The notes under the pieces were generated by a model. That model was not told where the DNA came from. It made no database searches and saw only the letters and a list, made by a program, of their open reading frames with translations. Shown here in pieces: positions 53,266-64,000 of a DNA stretch of 64,000 bases. The DNA is from Octopus vulgaris (lineage: Eukaryota). The stretch lies in NCBI GenBank assembly GCA_951406725.2, contig OX597816.1, positions 11,160,001 through 11,224,000 of the forward strand, given 5' to 3'. A program made the position numbers and the translations under genes. The first letter of the stretch is position 1; every line of letters begins with the position of its first letter.

Positions 53266-53309
<44 letters not shown>

Positions 53310-53411
53310 TAGATAAGATAGATTGACAGATAGATAGATACACATATATACACATGTATATACATATATGTTTACATATAAACGTATATATATATATATA
53401 TATATACATGC

Positions 53412-53469
<58 letters not shown>

Positions 53470-53625
53470 GCATATATATATAGGTGGTGCTATTAAGTTA
53501 GACATGGCCTGGGCCAATAATGGCCGAAACCTATCAAAGTATCAAAGTATCAAAGTATATATATATATATATACATGCATGCATACACATATCTACATAT
53601 ATGGGTGTATGTATATATATATATA

Positions 53626-53743
53626 TCACGTGATCACGTGACCGACGAGACCATCAGATGTTGTTACACATCGCTGGTCACAATGCATTCGCATTGTTTT
53701 AGCCTTCGAATGATGCCACCCCGCTGGCTAAGCGAGCAGGCCA
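53626..53743. mobile_element. Element of about 120 bp embedded in (TA)n, inverted copy of 39263-39381
   Basis: Reverse-complement homology with identical ends. Confidence 0.75.
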
Positions 53744-53990
53744 TATATATATATATATATATACATATATATGTATGTATATATATGTATATATATATAT
53801 ATATGAATCAATAAAAGGTGGGGTTGTGTTGACCACATGTGGAGTAATGATAGGTGTATGGAAAATTTTTTAAATAATAACTCCTTGCTGAGTGCGAGGA
53901 GTTAAAATTTAAATTTTACCTTCAATTTAGTATTCTGCCTTTTTATAATTTTTCCTCTCCTATATATATATATATATATATATACATATA

Positions 53991-54261
53991 GGGAGATGTA
54001 CTCGCATAGTAAGTGATTTGATCTGAGATCGTGTGCTGGAACGAAAACAATTGCAGCGTGGAAGGTGTTTGTAAGCCATTTAAGAAACACACAAAAGCCG
54101 TTCGATTCACTTCAACATTTAAGTTTAATTTGTCAAAATATTTTCGTCGCAAAAATCCGCGACCTGTTCACCAAAGTCCGTGCAGCATGGATGTTGAGGT
54201 GAATTGAATGGCTTTTGTGTGTTTCTTAAATGGCTTACAAACACCTTCCATGCTGCAATTG

Positions 54262-54263
<2 letters not shown>
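53991..54263 (-). mobile_element. Fold-back Penelope-like element with G3:C8 variant hammerhead motif (54130-54172, minus strand)
   Basis: Inverted arms of about 72 bp at 54047-54118 and 54191-54263. The loop on the minus strand reads GTGAACA g GTCGC ggattttt GCGAC GAAA atattt tgaca. Confidence 0.7.
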
Positions 54264-54312
<49 letters not shown>

Positions 54313-54853
54313 TATTTATATGCCCATGTGTGTGTATGTTTGGATAGATATGTAAAATGTTGATATATAGGTAAGCAGAGTGATAGATATAGACAACAAA
54401 GACACAAGTATGTGTACAGGTGTGATTATAAATATGCAGTAATTGAGTGGGGATCAGATAATCCAGGCATTTTACCCCAGGCAGCCTTCCTGCAAATGGG
54501 GTAAAATTTGTATGAAGGTGAATTCCTTCAGTGGAAGCATCATTTTCAAACAAGCAGAAAGTCCGGAAAGCTTTCTTCTACCATGATATATATCTTTGTC
54601 ACCCACATACACTGTTGAAGCAAGTATAATTCATGTAGCCTATGTAATACACGGAAACCCATTCTTCATTTACACACACACACACAATCACACACACACA
54701 CACAATCACACACACACACACAAGCACGCACACACACGCAAGCACACACATACACATATTATATGATGACGAAAATTTAAACTCAAAGGTTTATTGGTTC
54801 CTTGGCTTTGCTACTTATCATTGAGAGGGAAAACTTTTGCAAGGAATTGTGTT

Positions 54854-54894
<41 letters not shown>

Positions 54895-54981
54895 ATAATT
54901 AAGGGTAAAATCAATTAGTTATTAATTAATTTCACCAAGTAGTGTTCAGTATGTAAAAGGACCATTCAAGGCGAATTCAAA

Positions 54982-55322
54982 ATATTACGTTATATAATTA
55001 GTGAAATAAATTGCTTTCCACACACTGAAATTTTTAGAAATAGCAGCTTAAAGTTTTTTTGCCATTTCCACTACTTTAAGAAAAGTCTTCCAGATAGTGT
55101 TTACTCAAAAATAACTCACGAAGATATGGAGGGAAAACAGTAAAATATCACATGTACAAAGATTTTACTGTTTTCCCTCCATATCTTCGTGAGTTATTTT
55201 TGAGTAAACACTATCTGGAAGACTTTTCTTAAAGTAGTGGAAATGCAAAAACTTTTGGCTGCTATTTCTAAAAATTTCAGTGTGTGGCAAAGTAATTTAT
55301 TTCACTGACCTAATTATATAAC

Positions 55323-55329
<7 letters not shown>
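54982..55329. repeat. Near-perfect hairpin with arms of about 165 bp
   Basis: 54982-55146 is the reverse complement of 55162-55329, with a 15-nt loop; it lies in an insert flanked by (TA)n. Confidence 0.92.
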
Positions 55330-55369
<40 letters not shown>

Positions 55370-55691
55370 ATGGTATTATTAAAATACCATCACAAGTGGT
55401 AAGCGATTTACTAGCCGTACAGGCAAATTAATAAAACATATACATACAATATTAGATATGTACATATATACAGAAGGGTGCTACATGAGTACCTATATTG
55501 CTAATGATAGAAGTAAAAAAAAATACTTCTGTAACACCGAAAAATCACAAATCTATTACAGACAAGATAGGAAAAAATATCAGTGAACAATGATAATGTC
55601 TTACCTCAAATGGGTCAGAACAAGTAAATGCTGGTCAACTCGGTACCGGTTTCGAAATTTATATATATATATATATATATTTAATATCTTT

Positions 55692-57022
55692 AGATGTTTC
55701 AGCTGCAAAGCTGCAGTCATGCTGGAGCGCCACCATTGACTGAGCTATACCATTACTTGGAACCTTCTCTAATATGTATGATTTGGTGAATGAGGGAGTT
55801 TGATGCCACTGCCCTCATCTGTGTTTCCTGCCACAAGGTAGGCTCGTCTGGAACCCATAACAAGAAGTGATCCAGTTTTGTTTTAAAGACAGACACTTGC
55901 ATCCACACCATGCAGGTCTCTCATGCATTTTGGAAGGATATTAAAGAGCTGTGGACCCTTGAAGTCCAAGCTGTTGCAGTATCTGGTCCTGTATTTTGAT
56001 GGTGATGCTGGGATCCTTGGCACCATGCAGTGGCGCCCTGTTCTGCAGTTTGAATAACTTTTAATGCCAAAGTTTGGTACAAGGCCTTCTAGGATTTTCC
56101 AGATGTATATCACTGCATATCTCTACTGCCTTCGTTCCAAGGAGAAGAGTTTTAATTCTTTCAGTCTTTCCCAGTAGCTGACATGTTGCATTGAGACGAT
56201 TTTCTTAGTGTAGCTTCACTGGATTGCTTTGAGTTCTGCCATGGATTTTTTATTGTGTGGTAACCATAGTTGGGAGCAATAGTCTAAGCAGCTGAGAATG
56301 TATGTCCACCAAAGGATCATCAGTGTCTCCTTTTTGCATATTTTGAAAGTTCAGAGGATCCAGCCAGCCAGCCATATGCATTTTATTTCCAGATTGATAA
56401 TATGCACTTGGATAGATGCATCATTGCACATGTCAATGCCCGGGTCATGCACTGATTTTGATTCAGGTATTTCAATTCCTCCTGGGTCAATGTATCCTGT
56501 CTGCATGTTGATTAGCTTTGTGTGTTAGTAGTGTAGGGCCTGGAATTTTCCATGCAGTTCAATAACTGCATGTTGTTGTCCTCAGTCCACCTGTATATTG
56601 CATCCAACTCCTGTTGCAGATGTGTAATATTTCCAGGATTTTGTATTGTCTGAGAGACTTTTATGTCGTCTGCATAGCTAGCAAGGGTAGCTATCTGAGC
56701 AACCGAGGGCATGTCTGAGAGGGCCACTATGAATAGCAGTGTCCCCATGACAGTGCTCTGTGGAACACCACTTGCTATTTGCGTTTCCTTGGAGGTGGCC
56801 CGATTGGCCACTACTGCCTATCATTTAGAAAGTTGTCTATCATTTAGAAAGTTGTGCAGCCATTCTCCAAGTTTTCCGCATATACCAAGATCATGCAGTT
56901 TGTGACATATCATACTATAGTCAACTTTGTCAAAGGCTTTTGCAAATTTGAGATATATCACATCCACACTTGAGTCATTCAGCAGCTGTTTTAACACCCA
57001 ATTGTAGTGTTGGAGGAGCTGT
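55692..57022 (-). mobile_element. Decayed CR1-clade LINE (family 2), RT to 3' end
   Basis: Reads VDVIYLKFAKAFDKVD, SGVPQSTVMGTLLF, SYADDIKV, IYIWKILEGLVPN and GPQLFNILP; the 3' tail is ggtggcgctccagcatgactgcagctttgcagctgaaac. Confidence 0.9.
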
Positions 57023-57379
57023 TGGGTCAGTCAGTAAGTAATTTTCTTCTAGGAACATGATGGTCAGTTATTTTTGTAAACAAAAATTATTTATCCATGC
57101 TGCATGTGTTATAGGTGAGATGGAGTTATCTCTGACTGTAGTGATATCCTAAGGTAATGCCATGGAATACTTTTAAGATGAGGACATTGACTAAAGCTTC
57201 TTTCCTAGAGTTTAAAAAGGACCCCAGGCTAAGCAAGTTTTCTGGATTCTTGCTCTCTCTGTCAAGCAAACCCGACATTCTTTGCACCCATTTATATACG
57301 TCCCTGCTCTATATTACTGAATTAATGGTTTAGAGTATGCTTTTTTTCGATATATCAAGTACTGACGATATATATATAT

Positions 57380-57775
57380 AGGTGCAGGCGTAGCTGTGTG
57401 GCAAGAAGCTTGCTTCCCAACCACATGGTTCTGCACTTGGTCCCACTATGTGGTACTTTGGGAGAGTATCTTCTACTATAGCCTCAGACTCACCAAAACC
57501 TTGTGAGTGGATTTAGGAGACAGAAACTGAAAGAAGGTTGTTATATATATATGTATGTATGTATATGTTTGTGTGTCTGTGTTTGTCCCCCTAACCGTCA
57601 CTTGATAACTGATGTTGGTGTGTTTACATCCCCGTAATCTAGCAGATCGGCAAAAGAGACTGATAGAATAAGTACTAGGCTTACAAAGAATAAGTACTGG
57701 GTTCAGTTTCTTCCACTAAAGCTCATGCACCAGCATGGCTGCAGTCAAATGACTGCAAAAAGTAAAAGAATAAAA
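57380..57775 (+). mobile_element. SINE family A
   Basis: Homologous to 9551-9965. Confidence 0.85.
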
Positions 57776-58499
57776 AATATATAAAATAATATATATAATT
57801 CAATCAATCAAATTCTGTGATTAAGAACAGATTCCTAATTAAAGTTAACAATTAAAAGATAATCTAACATTTTGTGAAATTCATTATAATGATGTTTGTC
57901 TTTTTTTTTATAATGAAATTAGTTTTTTTTATTGAAAATTTATTCTGATATTTACTCAACCTGTTTTAATTCAAAATTATTATCTTGAAGAAATTATAAT
58001 AATCAGGAATAGGAAAAAATTGAAATGAATGTAGATAACGCAAAAACCAATATTTTTTTTTCATTCAAATAAAAGGAATATATACAAAAAAATATATATA
58101 TACCTGTCTCTCACCATAACTTGTTACCAATGTAAAAACATAAAATTTTTATTAGAAATTATGTCAAAACATTGGACAGCTCAAAATTATTGAAAATAAA
58201 ATAAAATTGAATGATAAAATACAAAAATAACATATAAAATAAAATAGATATCATTCGATATTTTCTTTATATATCCAGTAAAATCACTAGAGTTTAGGTG
58301 TGTAGAAATCCAAACTAGTCATTTATTTAAATATACATGCATACATGTGTGTGTATTTGTGTGTATACATATATATATACACATATAGATATGTATGTAT
58401 ATATATATGTGTGTGTGTGTATGTATGTATATATATATATGTATATGTATATATGTATGTATATATATATATATTTATGTATATTTATATATATATAGG

Positions 58500-58530
<31 letters not shown>

Positions 58531-59073
58531 TTAAATATATATGCATATATATATATTCGTATATATATGTATGTATATATATATGTATGTGTGTGTGTGT
58601 AACTTTTTATTTATTTATTTATTATTTATATTTCATAATATTTATTTATTTATTTATTTTTTTTTGCTTTTGATTCAAAATGGCGTATGTCTGACAGAAA
58701 AAAATATAAGTTGTCATAGGAAAGAAAAAAAAGTTAGGAACATATATATTAGCAGAATCTGTTTTTTTCACTTTTTCATTTTCTTTGGATTGTAAAGAAA
58801 TGTCCCTCTAACATCAACATCACCACCATCATAAACATCACCAGCATCATTACTGTCAATAACATCACCACAGTAACTGATATATTTATTAACTCCTAAT
58901 ATATTATAGGCTGTGTGGTAAGAAGCTTGCTTCTCAGCCACATGGTTTCATGTTCAGTCCCACCGTGTGGCACCTTGGGCAAGTGTCATCTACTATATAG
59001 CCTTGGGCTGACCAAAGCCTTGTGAGTGGATTTGGTAAATGGTGTCTTTGTCTTTTGTTTTTCTATAAATTTC

Positions 59074-59116
<43 letters not shown>

Positions 59117-59384
59117 AAAATTAGGATAAAATCTTAATAAGATATCTTAACAAGAAATTATCAGGTAGTTAGCGTGAGAAACCTCATAAGTGAAAAAAAT
59201 CTGTAAATTTTTTCACTTGAAAATATTTATTTATATTATATAGAGGGCATTATTACACATAAATGCCACATGCTAGGAGGGGCTTTTAAAGTCATTAACT
59301 ACCAAAAATAAACGAATCGTACCGAATGCAGCTCTCGAAGCAAGACATTTAAAAACAGAATATATATATGTTTTATGTTTTATC

Positions 59385-59792
59385 AGTTTCAGCTCAAAGC
59401 TGTGGCCATGCTGGGGCACTGCCATTTTGCTACACTGTCATTACTGAGAGCCTCCTCTGATATGTAGCATTTGGTGAATAAATGAGTTTGATGTCACTAC
59501 TCTCATTTGCACCTCCTGCTGTGAGGTAGGTTCATCTGGGACTATCGACAGGAAGAGATCCAGTTTTGATTTGAAAACACCTACATCCACTTTGTGTAGG
59601 TTCATCAGGCTCTTTGGTAAAATATAAAAAAACTGTGGGCCTCTGAAACCAAGGTTGTTGCTGTAACTGGTTCTGAAGCATAACAGCATTGCTGGGATCT
59701 TTGGCACTGTGCAGTGGTAACCCGTTCTGGTAGCTTTCAATGCCAAAATTTGGCACAATCCCTTCCAGGATCTTACAGATGTATATTACTGA
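59385..59792 (-). mobile_element. 3' end of CR1 family 2
   Basis: Reads IYICKILEGIVPNFGI, GPQFFYILPK and FKSKLDLFLSIVPDEP; same tail as 55692. Confidence 0.85.
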
Positions 59793-59901
59793 AAATCTAT
59801 GTGTACATATAAAGTTAATCCAAACATGAAAACACAACAACGCGAGGACGTGGAACAAATATAATATTATTGGATGCTCAGAAAGGAAAGGAAGAAGGAG
59901 G

Positions 59902-59936
59902 GTTTAACGTTTCGAGTGGAGCTCTTCGTCTGAAAC
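59902..59936 (-). ncRNA. Degenerate minimal hammerhead motif
   Basis: Minus strand reads gttt CAGACGA a gagc tcc actc GAAA cg TT aaac: stems I-III are recognisable but U4 is changed to A. Confidence 0.6.
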
Positions 59937-60003
59937 ATAGGAGAAGGAAAGATCCAGAGAAGGGAAGACGGAGGAAAAAAAATCGCCAACGGTACACATG
60001 CGG

Positions 60004-60043
<40 letters not shown>

Positions 60044-60561
60044 ATATATGCATGTATGTATGCTGTGTGTGTGTGTTTGTCTCCCACCTCCACTTGACAA
60101 CTGCTGTTGGTCTGTGGACTTCCCCATAACTTAGTGTTTCATCAAAAGAGAATGATAAAATAATTACCAGGCTTAAAGAAAGAAATATTCGATGAATTCA
60201 GGTAAAAGTTCTTGAAGGTGGTGCCCTAGCTTGGCCACAGTCCAATGGCTGAAACTATTAATAGAATAAGAGATGAAAAGATGAAGTATGTAATGAAGCA
60301 GAATGTATTCACTTTAGGGGATATTTGGGGTAAGGGCTTTCATCAAGAATCCCTAGTTGTTTGCTTATTAGTTTATGTTACAGTTTTTCATTAGCTATTT
60401 GGACCCTTTCACATCATTTCAGATATTGGCCCTGTGGAGGCTTCTGTTACCATCACTTCATACTTTGACGAGGTATTCAGTAACTCTGATTTAAAATATT
60501 TCACCATTTCACTGTAGGTGCAGGTGTGGCTGTGTGGTAAGAAGTTTGCTTCCCAACCACA

Positions 60562-62126
60562 TGTTCAGGGAAAATATTTTTGTCACTTTGAAACTGCGAT
60601 CTGTTCAGGGAAAATATTTTCGTTCCTTTGAAAGTGCAACCTGTTCAGAGAAAATATTTTTGTCACTTTGAAAGTGTGACCTGTTCAGTAAAAAATATTT
60701 TTGTCACTTTGAAAGTGCATCCTGTTCAGGGAAAATATTTTTGTCACTTTCAAAGTGTGACCTGTTCAGGGAAAATATTTTTGTCACTTTGAAACTGCAA
60801 CCTGTTCAGAGAAAATATTTTTGTCACTTTGAAAGTGTGACCTGTTCAGTAAAAATATTTTTGTCACTTTGAAAGTGCATCCTGTTCAGGGAAAATATTT
60901 TTGTCACTTTGAAAGTGTGACCTGTTCAGTAAAAATATTTTTGTCACTTTGAAAGTGCAACCTGTTCAGAGAAAATATTTTTGTCACTTTGAAAGTGTGA
61001 CCTGTTCAGTAAAAATATTTTTGTCACTTTGAAAGTGCAACCTGTTCAGGGAAAATATTTTTGTCACTTTGAAAGTGTGACCTGTTCAGTAAAAATATTT
61101 TTGTCACTTTGAAAGTGCAACCTGTTCAGAGAAAATATTTTTGTCACTTTGAAAGTGTGACCTGTTCAGTAAAAATATTTTTGTCACTTTGAAAGTGCAA
61201 CCTGTTCAGAGAAAATATTTTTGTCACTTTGAAAGTGTGACCTGTTCAGTAAAAATATTTTTGTCACTTTGAAAGTGCATCCTGTTCAGGGAAAATATTT
61301 TGTCACTTTGAAAGTGTGACCTGTTCAGTAAGAATATTTTTGTCACTTTGAAAGTGTGACCTGTTCAGTAAAAATATTTTGTCACTTTGAAAGTGTGACC
61401 TGTTCAGAGAAAATATTTTTGTCACTTTGAAAGTGCATCCTGTTTAGGGAAAATATTTTTGTCACTTTGAAAGTGTGACCTGTTCAGGGAAAATATTTTT
61501 GTCACTTTGAAAGTGTGACCTGTTCAGGGAAAATATTTTTGTCACTTTGAAAGTGTGACCTGTTCAGGGGAAAATAGTTTTGTCACTTTGAAAGTGTGAC
61601 CTGTTCAGGGAAAATATTTTTGTCACTTTGAAAGTGTGACCTGTTCAGGGAAAATATTTTTGTCACTTTGAAAGTGTGACCTGTTCAGGGACAATATTTT
61701 TGTCACTTTGAAAGTGCGACCTGTTCAGGGAAAATATTTTTGTCACTTTGAAAGTGTGACCTGTTCAGGGAAAATATTTTTGTCACTTTGAAAGTGTGAC
61801 CTGTTCAGGGAAAATATTTTTGTCACTTTGAAAGTATGACCTGTTCAGGGAAAATATTTTTGTCACTTTGAAAGTGTGACCTGTTCAGGGGAAATATTTT
61901 TGTCACTTTGAAAGTGCAACCTGTTCAGGGAAAATATTTTTGTCACTTTGAAAGTGTGACCTGTTCAGGGAAAATATTTTTGTCACTTTGAAAGTGTGAC
62001 CTGTTCAGAGAAAATATTTTTGTCACTTTGAAAGTGCATCCTGTTCAGGGAAAATATTTTTTCACTTTGAAAGTGCATCCTGTTTAGGGAAAATATTTTC
62101 GTTCCTTTGAAACTGCGACCTGTTCA
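60562..62126. repeat. 40-bp tandem array (about 39 units) derived from a hammerhead-like core
   Basis: The unit ctgttcagggaaaatatttttgtcactttgaaagtgtgac aligns with 54135-54171 (aaaatattttcgtcgc...gcgacctgttca). Confidence 0.95.
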
Positions 62127-62127
62127 G

Positions 62128-62255
62128 TGAACAAGTCACGGTTTCAAAGCAAAGAAAATATTTTGACACAAATGAAAATTAAATGTTGAAGTGAAACTAA
62201 CGGTTTTTTTGCGTGTTCTCGAATGGCTTACAAATATCTTCCACACTACAACTGA
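62128..62255 (+). mobile_element. Penelope-like end of the 53991-54263 family, inverted relative to the array
   Basis: gtgaacaagtcacggtttcaaagcaaagaaaatattttgaca...aaatgttgaagtgaa...aatggcttacaaatatcttccac matches the reverse complement of 54047-54172. Confidence 0.75.
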
Positions 62256-62394
62256 TATATTGAATGATATCGTATTTGGCATTTAATATTAATCTAATGC
62301 ATCAGTACTGTCTAGGTTGCTGATTCCTAAGTATTTGTAACTCTGGGTTTGGTCTAATTTTCTTACTTCTGTTTCTTGTTTTCTTTCTTCTGTT

Positions 62395-62660
62395 TTTTAT
62401 CTTACTTGTTTCGGTCATTAAGTCTGTGGCCATGCTACAGCACTGCCTTGAAGAATTTTTCATCAAATGAATCGACCCTAGTACTTAGTTGTTTCTTTAA
62501 GCCTGTTACTTATTCTATTGTTGTCTTTTGCTGAACTACTAAGTCATTGGAATGTAAACACACTAACACAGGTTGTCTAGTGCAGTGGGGGACAAACACA
62601 GACACAATGCCAGACATACACACTCACACACAGACACACACACACACACACACATGTACA

Positions 62661-62696
<36 letters not shown>

Positions 62697-62855
62697 TACA
62701 CGACTGGGCTTCCTTCAGTTTCCATCTACCAAATCAACTCACAAGGCTTCGATCCACATGAAGCTCTAGTAGAAGACATTTCTCTAGGAAGCCTTGCAGT
62801 GGGAGAGAACCCATAACATTGTGGTTGGATAACACAACTTACCACACAACCATTC
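62395..62855 (-). mobile_element. SINE family A, diverged
   Basis: Homologous to 9551-9965. Confidence 0.8.
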
Positions 62856-62868
62856 TGTGATATTACTA

Positions 62869-63080
62869 CAGTAAGCCCTCACCATATCGCAGTTCACCTA
62901 TTGCAGTTTATTATTGAAGCTCATGTCAATTCCTCCATGGTGTTGTTTTGCATTTATAATAAAATAAATATATATACAAATTATAAAAATAATAAAAATA
63001 AATATACAGTTCAGTACTGTTTCTACTTCACAGATTTTCAGCTATCATGAGGGGTTTTGGAATGTAACACCTGTGATAAG
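62869..63080. mobile_element. Tigger/pogo-like MITE fragment
   Basis: Starts TA|CAGTAAGCCCTC with repeated tatcgc.g/ttcacctat motifs; the right TIR is incomplete. Confidence 0.4.
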
Positions 63081-64000
63081 CTTAATTAATTTTCCTCCTT
63101 TTAATTTTGCCTTGGTGCATTTCACTAATCTGAGTCTCTTATCAATTATATTGTATCAATTATATTTCATATTATAATATTCTTGTTGTTGTTGTTGTTA
63201 TTGTCCCCATCATTGTTGTTGTAGTTGTGGTTTGCCATTGTTACACATATTTACAAATCTTCTCTTAAAAGGTTTTCGGCTCACTTTACATATGCAATCC
63301 TTTAGAATGTTGTTTAAACAGTCATCTCATTGAAATAAGATGGGAAAATACGAAATGCTTCTTTTGAAATGCTACTCATATCTTCCTACATCTGGGCTTT
63401 TACAAATAAAAGTAGAATCTTTAAAAAGCTTGTAACTTGATAATTAAAACGCTTAATTAAACAAATACACAAGCAATTACAACTACAGCCAAACAAAAAT
63501 TAAAGCTATAAACAATCTTAAATTGAAACATTAAATTAATTTATAGCATCATCATCATCAAAAGTAATTATCATCTTTTATTAGACTTGTGGATTATTGG
63601 GAGTTCCTTGATATAAATCAGTTGAAGGAAACGGATAAAGTATGGGCAGTGTATGTTGCAAAAGGCAGTACCTCCTTGCCTGAAAAATCTACCTATGAAA
63701 GAACAAAAAGATAAATGATATACAGTTTAAAAGAAAAAGTAAAAAATGAAGAGATTTTTTATATGACCTAAAAGAAAGTTGTTGGAGGGAGTTCTGTGTT
63801 AAGCATTTGGGTACCCTTGACCAAGGCAGGATTTATGGGTGTACCTGGATTTTGTGACTAATAGTAAAGGAAGCATAAAGATAATGCTGGTGCACCACGA
63901 TCTTACCCTTAGTATTTGGAAAAAAGATGTATGAGGGCTATGGTTAGAAATGTTAGCACAGATATAGAAGCATGGCTTTGCAGCCTAGTACAAGCAGGAA

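Noticed and set aside
60562-62126. CRISPR array
   Set aside because: Units are contiguous 40-bp repeats with no unique spacers, there are no cas genes, and the context is eukaryotic.

Overview
AT-rich, microsatellite-saturated eukaryotic intergenic or intronic DNA, not prokaryotic. The mix of tRNA-derived SINE families, (TA)n/(TAA)n/(TACA)n tracts and LINE remnants looks like an Octopus genome; this is inferred from repeat style, not checked by a search. No intact host protein-coding gene is supportable, and nearly all ORFs in the track are translated microsatellites or SINE frames. Real coding remnants are two decayed Merlin/IS1016-type DDE transposase pieces (1-260, 2672-3105), R4/Dong-type RLE LINE pieces (one with an open 178-codon frame inside a (TAA)n tract), CR1-clade LINE pieces and a decayed Ty3/Gypsy pol. 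Non-autonomous elements include two Helitrons, a Merlin-type MITE with (TTAGGG)3, mariner- and hAT-like MITEs and at least five SINE-like families. The most striking signal is at least 8 mostly unrelated short elements carrying minimal type-I hammerhead-ribozyme (HHR) motifs. These and related copies often show inverted (fold-back) ends, and three have 12-16 bp target-site duplications, as expected for Penelope-like pseudo-LTR derivatives. In addition, a 1.57-kb array of about 39 x 40-bp units is an amplified copy of one of these HHR cores, a G3:C8 variant family. Coordinates were read by eye and may be a few bases off.
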